Of a stretch of 64,000 nt of DNA, positions 13,117-29,175 are shown in pieces. The position numbers and the translations under genes were made by a program. Position 1 is the first letter of the stretch. Each line of letters begins with the position of its first letter. The stretch comes from Eledone cirrhosa (taxonomy: Eukaryota): assembly GCA_964016885.1 (NCBI GenBank), contig OZ024745.1:21514001-21578000 (forward strand). The letters are read 5' to 3'. The notes under the pieces are model-generated. The model saw only the letters and a list, made by a program, of their open reading frames with translations. It had not been told where the DNA came from and did not search any database.

Positions 13117-14925
13117 GAGAGATGCAGTAATGGTGGTCTTGTACAAGGGAAAGGGTAACAGGAACGATTGTGGGAACTACAGAGGTATATCATTGCTTTC
13201 TGTCGTAGGGAAAGTTTTATGTAGGGTGCTTCTGGACCGTCTGCTGACACACATTGCAGATTGTGTTCTTCCTGAAAGTCAATCTGGTTTTCGTGCTGGA
13301 CGCGGCACTACTGATATGATCTTCTCAGCTAGACAGCTCCAGGAGAAGTGCATGGAAAAAGGCTTGGATCTGTATCAGGTTTTTGTCGATCTGACAAAAG
13401 CTTTTGATACTGTTAACAGAGATGCATTATGGAAGGTTCTCCAGAAACTTGGTTGCCCTGATAAGTTCCTTGCTTTAGTTAGGTCTTTCCATGACGACAT
13501 GAAGGCTTGGGTTAATGTCGGGGGTAACATGTCGGAGCCTATCTCAGTAAAAAATGGAGTGAAACAGGGGGATATTCCAGCACCGACCCTGTTTGCCATA
13601 TACTTTGCAATGGTTTTCTGTATTGCATTCAGGAATTGCGAGCATGGTGTTTACATCCGATATCGAACCTCAGGCAGCATATTTAACATCAGGTGCTTTG
13701 CTGCGAAGACAAAAGTATTTACATCAATCATAAGAGACCTCTTGTATGCAGATGATTGCGATCTTGTAGCGCACACAGAGAGTGATATGCAGCACATTTT
13801 GAATGCATTTTCTGACGCTTGCACTGCCCTAGGTCTGATTGTCAGTCTCAAGAAAACCGTCGTCATGTACCAACCTGCCCCTGGTAAGCTGTACACTGAA
13901 CCAAACATCTATGTGTATGGCAAACGACTTGGAGTGGTTGATCAGTTTGTCTACCTGGGAAACACTGTCAATCGATACAGCAACCTTGACAGTGAAATCT
14001 CACTTAGGATTAGGAAAGCAAGTGATGCTTTCGGAAAGCTAGAAAGGCGACTCTGGGGTCGGCGAGACATATGCAGGAGGACAAAGGTAAAGGTGTACAG
14101 GGCATGTGTGCTCTCTTGTCTTCTTTATACCTGCGAGACCTGGGTCACATATCGACACCACCTTAAGCAATTGGAGCGTTTCCATCAGATGTGTCTCAGA
14201 CGGATCCATGGCGTTCACTGGAGGGACCACATCAGTGATGTCGAGATTTTGGAAAGCTCTATGTGTGACAGTATAGAGGCTCTTGTGCTTAAGCAACGAC
14301 TCCGTTGGAGTGGTCACCTTGCCAGGATGAAGGATTCTAGAATACCAAAACAACTCTTTTATGGAGAGTTGGTTAAAGGAAAACGACCGCCACATAAACC
14401 AAAAAAGAGGTATAAGGATTCCTTGAAAGCCTCTCTGAAAGACGCTAACATCTCTGCTGATACATGGGAGAATATTGCTGCTGATCGTAATAAATGGAGA
14501 AAGACTGTATATGAGGGAAAAGTTGCCTTTGAGGCATCTCGAATCGCATAGAGAAAGTAAAGCGGGATGTGAGGAAGGGCATTGCTGTTGCACTTCCAGA
14601 CGGCGAGGGTCCTCCTATGGTGCTGACATGCGGCGTATGTGCGAGACTCTGCCTAAGCAAAGCTGAACTCGAAAGTCATCTTCGCAGTCATAAAGTAAGA
14701 CCAGTGGTTGACTACCAGGCTGCTGTTGGAGATGCTACTCATCATGCTTGCCAGACATGTGGTAGAGAATGTAAATCAGCAGGAGGGCTCAAGCGACATG
14801 CAAAAGTACACGAACTCCAACCACAGCCGACTATTCCCAGTGAATGTTTTGGTTGCCGACTCTGTGCAAGACATTTTAGATCATTGGCTGGGCTAAAAAG
14901 CCACATTCGATCGCAGCGCTGTTAG
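13117..14925 (+). pseudogene. RTE reverse transcriptase with three C-terminal C2H2-type zinc fingers, interrupted near 14549-14569
   Basis: ORFs 12971-14551 and 14569-14925; fingers CGVC..HLRSH, CQTC..HAKVH, CRLC..HIRSQ. Confidence 0.88.
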
Positions 14926-15032
14926 TTGCTATCGTGTGTGTGTGTGTGTGTAGATATGCTTATGTGTGTGCGTGTGTGTGTATATATATATGTATATGTA
15001 TATTATTATTGTTGTTGTCGTTATTATTATTG

Positions 15033-15079
<47 letters not shown>

Positions 15080-15137
15080 GTTATTAATGTATGTGTGTGT
15101 GTATATGTGTGTGTGAGTGTGTGTGTGTGTGTGTATG

Positions 15138-15212
<75 letters not shown>

Positions 15213-15340
15213 TTTTTTTTTATTTTAATTTTTATTTTATTTTTATTCATTTATTACTATTATTATTATTATTATTATTATTTTTTTTTTTTTCTTCTTC
15301 TCGTGCAATGGCCATACTCGATAACGAGGGGGCAGCCATC
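13117..15340 (+). mobile_element. 5'-truncated RTE-clade LINE with microsatellite-expanded 3' UTR
   Basis: NYRGISLL, ESQSGFR, DLTKAFD, GVKQG, YADD, YLG, LYTCETW, LRWSGH; 3' terminus CTCG-ATAA-CGAG hairpin then GGCAGCCATC-ATGTATG. Confidence 0.9.
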
Positions 15341-15341
15341 A

Positions 15342-15491
<150 letters not shown>

Positions 15492-15757
15492 CGTGTGTGT
15501 GTGCTTTTATATTAATCCTTAAAACAGACGACGCTATGTTAGGGGACACTTCTAGTTCCCTCCCTTTAATCACTTAAGTTCACATAATATGCAAATGAGG
15601 ATACCAGCCGATGTTTCATACACATTTTATAGCGTATTTTGTTATAGTTGCTACTGTGTAAATGCCACGGGTGATGGATACAAATCCCAAAACAGCTGTG
15701 TCGCACTCTCACCGCCACTGAGATAGCTGTGACATTCATCCCTAAATTACCATCTTA

Positions 15758-15843
<86 letters not shown>

Positions 15844-15885
15844 CGTTCTTCCCTAAATTTCCACATTGAATTAACTCTTTCTTTC

Positions 15886-15921
<36 letters not shown>

Positions 15922-16021
15922 GTTAAGGGTGAAAGCAGCGATTCTTTGCTTAAACTTTAATCTGTTATTTTAATAAATATATATAATATATATATATATA
16001 TATATAAACGTTTGTATATGT

Positions 16022-16780
16022 ATAATAAAGCCAAAACAATGCAGGTATGGACATAGAATAAAGAATGCAAATGCAAAAGATATTGTTGACAATTAGTCTT
16101 TTACCTTAGATTTATTTAAATGTCCTTAATTTTCGAGATAATATCTCTTCTTCGGAGAGAAGTAAAGTGGTTAAACCAGTGTTCTAAATAGCTTGCCAAG
16201 TCATGCTGACAGGAAATGGTATAGAGTATCTGTGCTATCTCTAATGTCAAAGAGTTAAGGTTAGGTGGATAAAGAGTAGTCTCCCTTTAAAAGGGTTTTT
16301 TTTTTTGTACATGCCTGTTTAAGTGTGTGGGAGAATGCATGAAGGTGTAAGTATGTGAGTGTGTGTGTGTGAGAGTGAGAAGATATATCTATACGTAAAT
16401 GTGGGAGATAGAACTGGTCTTTGTGTGTGTATGTGTGTGTGTGAGAGAGAATAAGTGGAGGTGTAAGCGTGTGTGTGTGTGCGTGCGTGTGCGTGTGTGT
16501 GTGTGCGCGTGTGTGTGTGTGGGGGTGTAAATATGGGGCAAGAAGCTCTATCAAGTTATAAATTGGGCGTTGAGTTCTAGTCTATTATTGATTGGTGGAT
16601 GTGTTTTGTCTATAATTAGTGTTTCCTTAATTCTAAGATTGCCGAGGTTTCTCTCCTTAGTTCCTATCCTAACTGTTATGGTTTTGTCGGTTTTTTGCAT
16701 TTAACTATGTGTTTCTTAAATGAGGAAGCGTTAGTATTGAGGTGTTCTTTTATTCTTATGTGGAGTGGTCTGGTGGTGCT
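16022..16780 (-). mobile_element. 5'-truncated Penelope-like element: GIY-YIG C-terminus (16551-16780), 3' region with simple repeats and a degenerate hammerhead (about 16113-16160)
   Basis: STTRPLHIRIKEHLN...SFKKH...NLRIKETLII...PPINNRLEL with one frameshift; minus-strand CCGAAGA-AGAGAT-ATT-ATCTC-GAAA; TA repeats at both ends. Confidence 0.78.
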
Positions 16781-16790
16781 ATATACATAT

Positions 16791-17500
16791 ATATCACGAT
16801 ACATTAACGGAGCCATAGACTCTCGCCGTTCCCTGTAAATAATGGGCTCAAAGGAGAGGAAATCCTGGGCACTTTAGAATACAATATGTTGAAAAGGTAA
16901 CACACTAGAGAGGGATACAGTGAGCCATCAATTATTGATGGCGCACTGTATCTCTCTCTAGTGTGTCACATTTTCAACATATTGTATTCTAAAGTGCCCA
17001 GGATTTCCTCTCCTTTGAGCCCATTATTTACAGGGAACGGCGAGAGTCTATGGCTCCGTTAATGTATCGTGATATTTCGCTCCTTATAATAGTCTTTCCT
17101 CTCTCTCTGTTTAGTTAAGCACGCTTCTCTGAGTGGTTTTGGGCTGCCCTTTCTAGCAGCTCGGCCCTCAGAGACCACTGGTTCACTGCCCTTAAACACG
17201 CTGTGACTTCTCTCTCCCACGTGTAGTTGGACGGTCGCTTTAAAAATTCTCTTAGTGTTGTCTGAAATGTATGGCCTAACACACGCTGATGAACCTGGGT
17301 TATTTCACTTCTCTCAACAACTTAATGGCGAAACAGATCACTTTGGATTTGTACGTGTGTTATATAGTTATAGAGGTATTTATTTACGCTTTAATTTATA
17401 TTTTTAATTATCGTCTCTATATTCTGCCTTCCATAGGTTATAGATTCCCTGTTTTATTGATGGCGCACTGTATCTCTCTCTAGTGTGTTACCTTTTCAAT
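16791..17500 (+). mobile_element. Non-coding ribozyme element family L: about 140-bp fold-back plus 522-bp direct-repeat unit
   Basis: Inverted arms about 16791-16932/16934-17075; 16934-16978 repeated at 17456-17499; TA-repeat flanks. Confidence 0.85.
17278..17361 (+). ncRNA. Type-I hammerhead ribozyme
   Basis: AACACACG-CTGATGA-(stem II)-GAAA-CAGATC ACTTTG GATTTG-TA-CGTGTGTT; 8-bp stem I, GUA cleavage triplet. Confidence 0.88.
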
Positions 17501-17543
17501 ATATATATATATATATATACATATCTATCTATCTATCTATCTA

Positions 17544-18150
17544 GGGGTGACCGACCTGTGGAATTATGTCGAACAGCTACTGTCACGTGTGTGACGCATC
17601 CAGTTGTCAGCCGAGTCCATCGTGAGGATCACCCCGCCGCATTCATTTAAGAATGAAGGAGAGGTGGTTTTCCTCTGTCTGGTGGCGATGACGAAAGAGG
17701 TAATATGGTGGACGAGGTTAAAAGTACTGAGGGCAAACACCTTTCTCTCCGGGCAACAACTTATCCCCTTCTTTAAGTTCCACTTCAGAAGGAAGGTGAG
17801 AGTGTAGAGAGAGGTGCTACACCCCAGTAAATTCGCTAAAGGTGGGTGAATGAGGCGAAAATGGTCCGAGTAAATGGACCTTCTCTGTATATAAACCTGT
17901 AGGTTGAGGAAGATAAACAGAGGGAAGACAGGAACACCTACAAAACGTGTTCCTGGTGTTGAGGGTTGTTCTATCCACGGGGTGTAAAACAACCCTGTAG
18001 TAACGTTCCCCCCTATTGGGGATTTCAATTGTTATTTTATTATATATAGTTTATTGTTATTTATTAATGTTAAAGTTATTTTTATGTAAAACCCCCGCGT
18101 CACGTCTTGTAATGTCCCATTTGTGTACGCCCCTGTGGCAAATAAAGAAA
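17544..18150 (+). mobile_element. 5'-truncated Tx1 relative in (TATC)n
   Basis: SAESIVRITPP...EVIWWTRLK...FFKFH homologous to ORF2 C-terminus at 5800-6117; (TATC)n on both sides. Confidence 0.9.
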
Positions 18151-19046
18151 GATATCTATCTTTCCCAAATAACCACCTTAAATTCTATCTGTTATCTGTC
18201 TTTTAATAAGATTTCTTTCCTTCTGACTTCAATTATTATTGTTTTTCTTTCTTTATTTTCTTTCATCGCTTCTGTCGTGTTATTTCTTTCTATTAATTCT
18301 TTCAGTTTGATTCTTTCATCTTCCTTTTCCTATCGATGTATTTATATATTTATTTATTTATTTACTTACAATGTTTTTCTTCTTGTTTATTCCTACATAT
18401 TCCTTCTTTCACTCGTTCGTTCCTTCATTCTTACTGCCTACATTTTTCTACATTTCTATCATTTTCCTCCCTCCTCTCTTTTCTTTCCTTCTTTCTCTCC
18501 TCATCCACTCCTTTCGTGTTGATTATTTTCTTCTTTATCATTTTGTCTGTTTTAAACAAAAACAAAAACAAAAAATTATAGCAAAAATAAAAATAAATAT
18601 ACATAAACAAATAAACAAATGAAACAATAACATTACATGTTTTTTGGGGTTGTTATTTTGCTATATGTTTTATCTATAGTTTTGTTGTGTTTTGTTTTTA
18701 ATCTCCATTTTTTTTATCATCCTTTTCGCAACTCGATATTTTGGAAGCCATTTTGGAAAGAATAGAAGCAACGTGTGATATGAATGTAAAAGGGTATGTA
18801 TTAATCTCTCTGTGTGAATGTGTGTGTGAATATATGTGAATGTATACATAAACACACACACACATACACACACAGATACACACACACACATACACACAGA
18901 GGTACACGCATACATACATACACATGTACACATACACAAACACACACGTACACACAAACACACGCACACACAGGCACACATATGTATATATATGTAAAAA
19001 TATCTATATCTATCAATAGATACATATACACACCCTTCTCCCCACG

Positions 19047-19162
<116 letters not shown>

Positions 19163-19291
19163 TATATATATATGTGTGTTTATTTAAGTTTATCTATTTA
19201 TATATATTTATTCATAGATACCTACAAGAATGCACACATACACACATATTTATATATAACTTGATATATATATATATATATACATAGATGC

Positions 19292-19325
<34 letters not shown>

Positions 19326-19725
19326 TGAGAGAGTGAGGGGGGATGAGGTGAGAGGGAGAGAGAGGCTAAGGAGGAGAGGGAGGGGATGAATGTGTTGTTT
19401 TTCTACGGGTGTTAATTTTCATGTAAGTAATCACGTATTGAGTGTACATACATGTGTGTATGTGTATGTTTATATGTACATGCGTCTGTGTATGTACACA
19501 TATATGTATATATATATATATAGATATGTACGTATGTGTGTAGGTATATATATATGTGTGTATGTGCGTGTGTCTGTCTGTACAGGTGTAGGCAAACATA
19601 AATGTATATATTTTCATGTCATTTGCCATATATGTAAGGTATCCTCTCTGTTCTTGTGCATACATATGTGAAGAGCAATATTGTTATATATATTACCATC
19701 TCCAATCTCTCTCTCCCTTTCTTCC

Positions 19726-19772
<47 letters not shown>

Positions 19773-19976
19773 TATTCCAAAAGAAAAGACAAGATGGAGT
19801 AGGAATTGACAACCAGCAAGAAGAGGAGGCACAAAAGAGGACATGTTGTCTTTGAGGAGGTCACAATGTGAGGCAAAAGAACGTCAACAAACCAGTGAAT
19901 AACAAGTAATAAAGATAAGGAGGAAATCATCTGGTGTATGTGTTTCTTTTTATTTGGTAATACTGGCAACATAACC

Positions 19977-20199
<223 letters not shown>

Positions 20200-20380
20200 T
20201 ATACATGCATAGGTGTGTGTTTACCTCTCCATTTTCTTTCTATATCTCTCTATGTATCTCTTTAATTACTTTCTTAGCTCTATATGTTTATCTACCATTC
20301 TATTTATCTGTACATCCCATAGCATATATTTCTAACAATATAATTGCCGCTCCCGTATTTATGTTTACAGAGAGAAAGGT

Positions 20381-20448
<68 letters not shown>

Positions 20449-20544
20449 GGACTGTTTATTAATTTATTCATTATAATATAATTATGTGCAAATACATTTA
20501 CTCATCCAAAATTTCATAAAGTATCATAACACTCATATACGCAT

Positions 20545-21190
20545 ATCTACCATAGATCCGAGGGAAAAAATACGTTAGATGGTATAATCCACCATCCAAC
20601 CTTTCTGTACAAAACACCATGTCGTAAAACATTTTCTTTCCGTAACGGCCATATATTCCAGAAGCTGATCAACTAAACAGTATTATGGCAAGTATCATCT
20701 GCGCGAAAACTATAGACATATCCAATGCTATCAAGAGCTACAACCATATCTAAGACAGAGAGCCGGCATGTAATGAAACACGAGCCTTCGTTCCGTAGAG
20801 GGCAGATACCTAGAGAAATACATTGTTTACACGGCTTATGTTTCCACTAAAACTATATAGCACTCTCTCAATAAACATGAATATACGGTTGTTTTACTGA
20901 AAGGTCACTTTAAAGGTCTGATACGATAAGAAATATAAAGAAAGTCTTACAAAAACAAAACCTACAGTGACCACACTACAAGATCTAACTACATTAAATA
21001 ACAACTCGTGTAGTTTCTGATCAAATTATCATAAACTATGCTTGTGTAGGAAAGCAGCTGATACATTTGAAAATATATAGCTTAATCAGAGAATAGTCCC
21101 CAGCAAAACCATACGTTCCAAATCATATATATGCAAAACACAACACTTTCGACGTAGATTTGGAATAAGAGAGAGTACTGCAGGACATTC
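20545..21190 (+). pseudogene. Heavily decayed Penelope-like coding fragment (linker plus GIY-YIG region)
   Basis: Fragments KYVRWYNPPSNLSV, FRNGHIFQKLIN, IKSYN, VEGRYLEKYIVYTAYV, GHFK, AKPY occur in the expected order, with many lesions. Confidence 0.6.
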
Positions 21191-21434
21191 ACCATCTAAC
21201 GTGAGATGTTGGGTAAAATACGGGTATTTGAAAATGGATTACAATCACGTGAGCAGTGTCTCGTAAATAGACAACTACGAGTTAATTTTGACTTGACCAA
21301 ATTGTTCCTTAAGAATTTCAAAGACGACCACAATATTTATGACAACAGATAACCATTGACACACAAAGTTTAAACCACATAAAGATTAGTTACGTTGGGA
21401 GTGTCAATGGAACAGCCTAATTGTGAGATTAACG

Positions 21435-21660
21435 TGTACGTGGCTGAGCAGTCCACCAATTTTGTATCTTTAACAGGGAGAACCAGCATGACACAAAACG
21501 TAACGAGGCAGGTCTCTTGAATTACATGTACAAAATATTTTTGTCACCGGAGTTAACTGAACCAATGTGAAAGAAAGTGTCTTGTTCAAGGACAGACACG
21601 CTACTTCAGACACAACGCGCCTTCCGATCATTGACCGAAGAAACTAACCACTAAGCCAGA
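21435..21660 (-). mobile_element. Degraded SINE family B copy
   Basis: Reverse complement has TGGCTTAGTGGTTAG head and GTCCTTGAACAAGACACTT domain as in 41741-42062. Confidence 0.6.
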
Positions 21661-21789
21661 TTCCGTCTCTCAGACACATCAATATATATATAAATGTGTA
21701 TGTGGGGGGGCGGGGGGAGCCCGTGGCTTAGGAGTTAGTGTATTCACAACCATATATCGATATCTATATAGGCACGAGTTATTTGTCCG

Positions 21790-22097
<308 letters not shown>

Positions 22098-22231
22098 CAT
22101 ATCCAAATGTCTGTGTGAGTGAGCGTGTGCGTTTCTGTAAGTAGGTAGGTGGATATTCGTCTCAATATCACCCCCCTACCACTTACACTCGTGTATATAT
22201 ATATATATGCATATATATATATATATAATAA

Positions 22232-22280
<49 letters not shown>

Positions 22281-22329
22281 TATATATATATATAATAAGT
22301 GTGTGTATATATATATATATATAAATGTA

Positions 22330-22419
<90 letters not shown>

Positions 22420-22770
22420 CATATATATATATAATAAGTGTGTGTATTTATATATATTTATATATATATGTGTTTATATATATATTATTCCCGCTTTATT
22501 TCCTCTTATTTCCTAATAGGTGTCTTTCTCTCTCTCTCTCTCCCTCTCTCTCACCCTGCCTCCCTATCTATCAGCCTCTCTCTCCCACTAACACCTTCTC
22601 TCCTACCCTCTCTATATTCAATATATTACAACCTCACAAACGATTTTTTCATGGCAATTTACCTGATTATTTTTATTTTATTATTTTTACCTCATTTCAT
22701 TGTTTTGTTTTTATATTCTGTTTATTACAATTATATCGGTATTTTAGTTGGATATAATTGTTTTCTTCAG

Positions 22771-22869
<99 letters not shown>

Positions 22870-23224
22870 TCTATGTATGTATGTATGTATGTATGTATGT
22901 ATGTATGTATGTATGTATGTTGTATGTATGTATGTTGTATGTATGTTGTACGTATGAATGTATGTATGTATGTATGTATGTATGTATGTATGTATGTATG
23001 TATGTATGTATGTATGTATGTATGTATATATGTGTATGTATATATGTATGTCTGTATGTAGCTGAATATGTATGTATGCCTGCATGTATATATATATATA
23101 TATGTATATATAGATATTTATATATGTATGAATGTAAGTTGTGTGTATGTATATATGTAGATATTTATGTATGTATGTATATATGTAGATATGTATGTAT
23201 GTATGTATGTAAGTATATATATAG

Positions 23225-23260
<36 letters not shown>

Positions 23261-23505
23261 GTATGTATGTGTGCATGAATGTAAATATATATGTGTGTAT
23301 ATATGAATATAAATATGTATGTAAATAGGTATCTAAGTAGGTGTGTATGTAAATGTATGTATGTAAGTATATATGCATGTATGAATGCTTGTGCGCATGG
23401 GCGTATATAATGTCTGTAAATCAATACACATATACATGAACACATATATATTTCTGAATGTCAGAGTTTTATGTAATCACATATACTCAGCAACACACAC
23501 ACACA

Positions 23506-23625
<120 letters not shown>

Positions 23626-23962
23626 TATCTTTGTGTGTGTGAGTGTGCATCTTTATATATGCATACATAGATACACACATACGTACATAACTACAAACAT
23701 ACATATAGACACACACATATATACAAACATGCATATATAAATGCATAAATACAAATACATACATATATATATATATATGAACATGAATATGTATATATAT
23801 ATATACACATGCATACAATATACATACATACAAACATAATATATGTCTATATGTACATACACACATAAATACTTATATATATATCTACACATGCATACAT
23901 TTAAATATACATGCAAACATAATGCCTACATATATATCTATATATACATACACACATAAATA

Positions 23963-24003
<41 letters not shown>

Positions 24004-24098
24004 GCACACATAAATATACATACAAACATAATGCATACATGTACATACACATATAAATACATATATACATACATATATATACATATATATATATATAC

Positions 24099-24278
<180 letters not shown>

Positions 24279-24724
24279 TATATACATACATATATATATA
24301 TATATACATATATACACACGTAACAACACTTCGCAACGCTTAACGATTTTAAAAACCTAAGCGGTATAATTTCCGCCTTGATCCTCTCAATTTTCTTCTC
24401 TCGTTCACATTTCCTTCTCCTTTTTCTTTCTTTTTTTCTTTTTTTCATTTCTTTTTTTTCTTCTCCTAAATTTCTATCTCAATTTCTTCTCTTCTTCTTA
24501 TTGCTGTTTTCTTTTCTTTCTAATTTTTATATATTTTGTTGTTCTCCCTCTTATTGTTGTTGCTTTGCTATTGTGTATACATATATATATATATATAATT
24601 GTAATATATATATATATATATGTATGTATATATATATATGTATATGTACATACATACATATGTATATGTACATATATATATAAATAAATATACAGTTTAT
24701 ATATATATGGATATGTACAACATG

Positions 24725-24810
<86 letters not shown>

Positions 24811-24811
24811 G

Positions 24812-24875
<64 letters not shown>

Positions 24876-25121
24876 TATGTATATGTACATACATACATAT
24901 GTATATGTACATATATATATAAATAAATATACAGTTTATATATACATATATATGTACATACATATATATATATGACATATATATATATATATATATATAT
25001 ACGTATATTGCTTTTTTTCTTTTTCATCTAATGAGATACCATCGATTTTCGCCTTAGGAATATACTACCAACGAAATATTGCATGCACCGCACTGAATTG
25101 TGTTTCGTCCTTCAAATTCGT

Positions 25122-25197
<76 letters not shown>

Positions 25198-25250
25198 CTC
25201 TCTCTCTCTCTATCTCTCTGTCTCTCGCTCTCTCTCACTCACTCTCTCTC

Positions 25251-25320
<70 letters not shown>

Positions 25321-25343
25321 TTCTCTCTCTCTTCCCCCTCTCA

Positions 25344-25390
<47 letters not shown>

Positions 25391-25406
25391 GTTTGTATGT
25401 ATGTAT

Positions 25407-25445
<39 letters not shown>

Positions 25446-25522
25446 ATATATATATATATATATATATACATACACGTTTGTATGTATGTATGTCTATATA
25501 TATATATATATATTCATATATA

Positions 25523-25715
25523 ACGAAGGAAATGTGGTAAGGAACCAGGTGGACCATAACGCACCAAAGTACTCAATACTTGAGGTAGTAGAGTGGGTAA
25601 TAGGAACCAGTAAGACCCCGACAGCTGAGCTCAAGCCGTTTCGACGGCTAATTCTGGACTGAATTAGCCGTCGAAACGGCTTGAGCTCAGCTGTCGGGGT
25701 CTTACTGGTTCCTAT
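25523..25715 (-). mobile_element. Fold-back insertion of ribozyme family G in (TA)n
   Basis: Perfect 55-bp arms 25600-25654/25661-25715 plus unpaired tail 25523-25599. Confidence 0.9.
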
Positions 25716-25885
25716 ATTCATATATATATATATATACACGTTTTTATGTATGTATGTTTATATATATATATATATACACGTTTGTATGTATGTTTATATA
25801 TATATATATATATACACGTTTGTATGTATGTATGTATGTATATTTATATATATATATATATACATACACGTTTGTATGTATGTAT

Positions 25886-25929
<44 letters not shown>

Positions 25930-25946
25930 GTTTGTATGTATGTATG

Positions 25947-25987
<41 letters not shown>

Positions 25988-25999
25988 TTTTGTATGAAT

Positions 26000-26087
<88 letters not shown>

Positions 26088-26115
26088 ATTTTGCGTGTGT
26101 GTGTGTGTATATGTA

Positions 26116-26146
<31 letters not shown>

Positions 26147-26149
26147 TTG

Positions 26150-26189
<40 letters not shown>

Positions 26190-26223
26190 TGTATATATAT
26201 GCATTTGTCTGTATATATATATT

Positions 26224-26311
<88 letters not shown>

Positions 26312-26315
<4 letters not shown>

Positions 26316-26707
26316 AACGAGTAGGACCCCGACGGCTGAGCTCAAGCCGTTTCGACGGCTAATTCTGGACTAAATGTAAATTTTTATCCTGGTATATGAA
26401 TAGCGGAGATTCTCAGGGGGTAATTCCATATATGGTAAAAGTGATTGTCACAAGGATTGGTCAAAAGTTTGTTGTTGAGACACATAATTCTTTCATGGCA
26501 ATTTGTGGAAGGAAGGGGTAGCTGAACCCGCCAGTAGAAGAAAGACGGAGAGGGGGTGGAGGAAACCCAGTCGTACGTTGATAGTGCCAACTACAGCAGG
26601 GCAGGAGGTCAAGCAAGTATGCTAAGGAGCGGGAGGGGGAGGATGTCGAAATAATAAGTAAAACAATATGGGGTAAATATATAGAAGAATACCGAGAATG
26701 ACAAAAG

Positions 26708-26708
<1 letters not shown>
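26312..26708 (-). mobile_element. Longer copy of ribozyme family G in (TA)n
   Basis: 26312-26371 matches the family G arms; TA-repeat flanks. Confidence 0.8.
26326..26421 (-). ncRNA. Type-I hammerhead-like motif with imperfect core and long stem II
   Basis: ACCCC-CTGAGAA-(about 60 nt)-GAAA-CGGCT TGAGCTC AGCCG-TC-GGGGT; core deviates from CUGANGA. Confidence 0.6.
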
Positions 26709-26754
<46 letters not shown>

Positions 26755-26757
<3 letters not shown>

Positions 26758-27341
26758 TTCTTTATTTGCCACGGGGGCGTAAACAAATGGGACACTACAA
26801 GACGTCACGGCAGAGGTTTTACATAAAAATAATTTAACATTAATAAATAACAATAAACTATATATAATAAAATAACAATTGTGAGATAGAATGAAAGGTA
26901 GTTACTGCAGGGTTGTTTTACACCCCGTGGATAGAACAACCCTCAACACCAGGAACACGTTTTGTAGGTGTTCCTGTCTTCCCTGTTTATCTTCCTCAAC
27001 CTACAGGTTTATATACAAAGAAGGCCCATTCACTCGGGCCATTTTCGCCACATTCACCCACCTTTCAGCGAATTTACTTGGGTGCAGTAGCTCTCTCTCC
27101 ACTCTCACTTTCCTTCTCAAGTGATACTTAAAGAAGGGGATAAGTTGTTGTCCGGAGAGAAAGGCGTTTGCCCTCAGTCCTTTTAACCTCATCCACCATA
27201 TTACCTCTTTCGCTATAGCCACCAGACAGAGGAAAACCGCCTCTCCTTCGTTCTTAAATGAAGGCGGCGGGGTGATCCTCACGATGGACTCGGCTGACAA
27301 CTGGATGCGTCCCACACGTGACAGCAGCTGTTCGACATAAT
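26755..27341 (-). mobile_element. 5'-truncated Tx1 relative
   Basis: YVEQLLSRVGRIQLSAESIVRITPPPSF...RVNGPSLYINL; near-identical to 17544-18150. Confidence 0.9.
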
Positions 27342-27357
27342 ATCTATATTTATATAT

Positions 27358-27400
<43 letters not shown>

Positions 27401-27412
27401 GATAGATAGATA

Positions 27413-27630
27413 AATTTCTTTATTAGCCACAAAAGCACAAAAGAAGGGGACACATACAAAGGGGTAAGTTTACATACAATAAAAACGTGTAAAATATTAT
27501 GACAAATGCAATAGGGGGAGACATTACATATGGGTAACACTTACCCCCGAAAAAAATGTGCAATCCTCATCTCCAGGCGTACGAAGAGTTTGTACCCCTT
27601 TACTGTCCTCCTCTTTTTCCTCAACCTATA
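27413..27630 (-). mobile_element. Tx1-related 3' UTR fragment between (TAGA)n tracts
   Basis: Reverse complement ends TTGTGGCTAATAAAGAAA then (TATC)n. Confidence 0.7.
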
Positions 27631-27899
27631 GATAGATACTTTCACACACCTATATATACAAATATATATATATATATGTTGTGTAAATATCTATCTATCT
27701 ATGTTGTCATATATCTATATATCTATATCCATATATAGAGATAAATATACACGGCTGTGAATGATTGTGTATAGAAGATTATATTAATAAGAGGAATTCC
27801 AACTTTGTCTGATTTACTCGTTTTATTTACAATCCTTTAAAATTGATAATGGTATTAGAATGCAATAGTATGCTAGAATATTAAATGTTAAGTGTTAAT

Positions 27900-27938
27900 T
27901 GAACAAGTACTTTCATGCTTTCGCAATCTTCAGGTTCA
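27900..27938 (-). ncRNA. Minimal type-I hammerhead ribozyme within dispersed repeat 27740-27942
   Basis: TGAAC-CTGAAGA-TTGC GAAA GCAT-GAAA-GTAC-TT-GTTCA; palindromic GTAC replaces stem III. Confidence 0.82.
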
Positions 27939-27974
27939 TATTGTGTGGTGACAGTCAAGTTTGCAATTTTCAAT

Positions 27975-28093
<119 letters not shown>

Positions 28094-28628
28094 TAGATAA
28101 ATAAATATAGAGATAGATATACAATGGTGAGCTAATCGCTAGTGAGAGTTTTATGTTGTTGTTGCTGGCTTCAGCTACCTCGATGTACGGGAGTGCAATC
28201 AGATCCGTCGTGTGAGTCTCGGGGTTATCTGCGGAGACTATTCTGTAAAAATTATGTTCTGCTGGATATAAAGACTATACAAGCTCCAGAGATATTTCAG
28301 ATGAGTTAGAGGCTCTCCTAAACGAATTATATGTGGCGACGTCAGATAATGTTTATCTTGGACCAAATATTTCGAGCCGAAACACCATATTCTTTTACCA
28401 GAAATCAGACATGACTGTATTCTTCTATATTGCAACAGTTAAATTTAAAATTCACCTAAACTAGCAGCTGTGTATTTCGACCAATGCAAATCACATTAAC
28501 TGTCTGTTTCTATATATTTAGTATATATAGATAACATCTCTGTCTGACGACTGATGCAGACATATATTATTATCGTCTGTATCCAGAAACCTTTGGTAAT
28601 GGAGTAGTTATATTTTGTGTTGTTCAAG

Positions 28629-28701
<73 letters not shown>

Positions 28702-28924
28702 GGTGGTGTGGGATGTTTAAAGCGTCCGTAAGCGGTGGGCCGTTTGAGCAATCGACAAATTTGGAAACTCTGCTTTGTAGAATCGAGACGTATCTGAGGT
28801 CCTTGCGATTTCAGAGTCAGGTTCGATCAGTATATCAATCGTGCCTCGAGCTCGTTGCCAGAGAAACGATTGTAATATGTCTAATAAATTTTATTCGTAG
28901 CAACACTCATTCTCCGTTTTTTAT

Positions 28925-29015
<91 letters not shown>

Positions 29016-29030
29016 ATATATATATATATA

Positions 29031-29160
29031 TAGGAACGAGTAGGACCCCGACGGCTGAGCTCAAGCCGTTTCGACGGCTAATTCTGGACTAAAGAACCCT
29101 AAGTATTGAGTACTTTGGTGCGTTATGGTCCATCTGGTTCCGTACCACATTTCATTCGTT
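29031..29160. mobile_element. Two-part inverted insertion of ribozyme family G in (TA)n
   Basis: 29031-29093 antisense arm plus 29096-29160 sense tail. Confidence 0.85.
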
Positions 29161-29175
29161 ATATATATATATAAT

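Noticed and set aside
14569-14925. Host C2H2 zinc-finger gene
   Set aside because: Contiguous with the RTE RT ORF, and the same finger recurs in the sibling RTE end at about 12960-13030
28200-28610. Possible decayed RT or endonuclease coding fragment (ICGDY, IICGD)
   Set aside because: Motifs too short, no consistent frame
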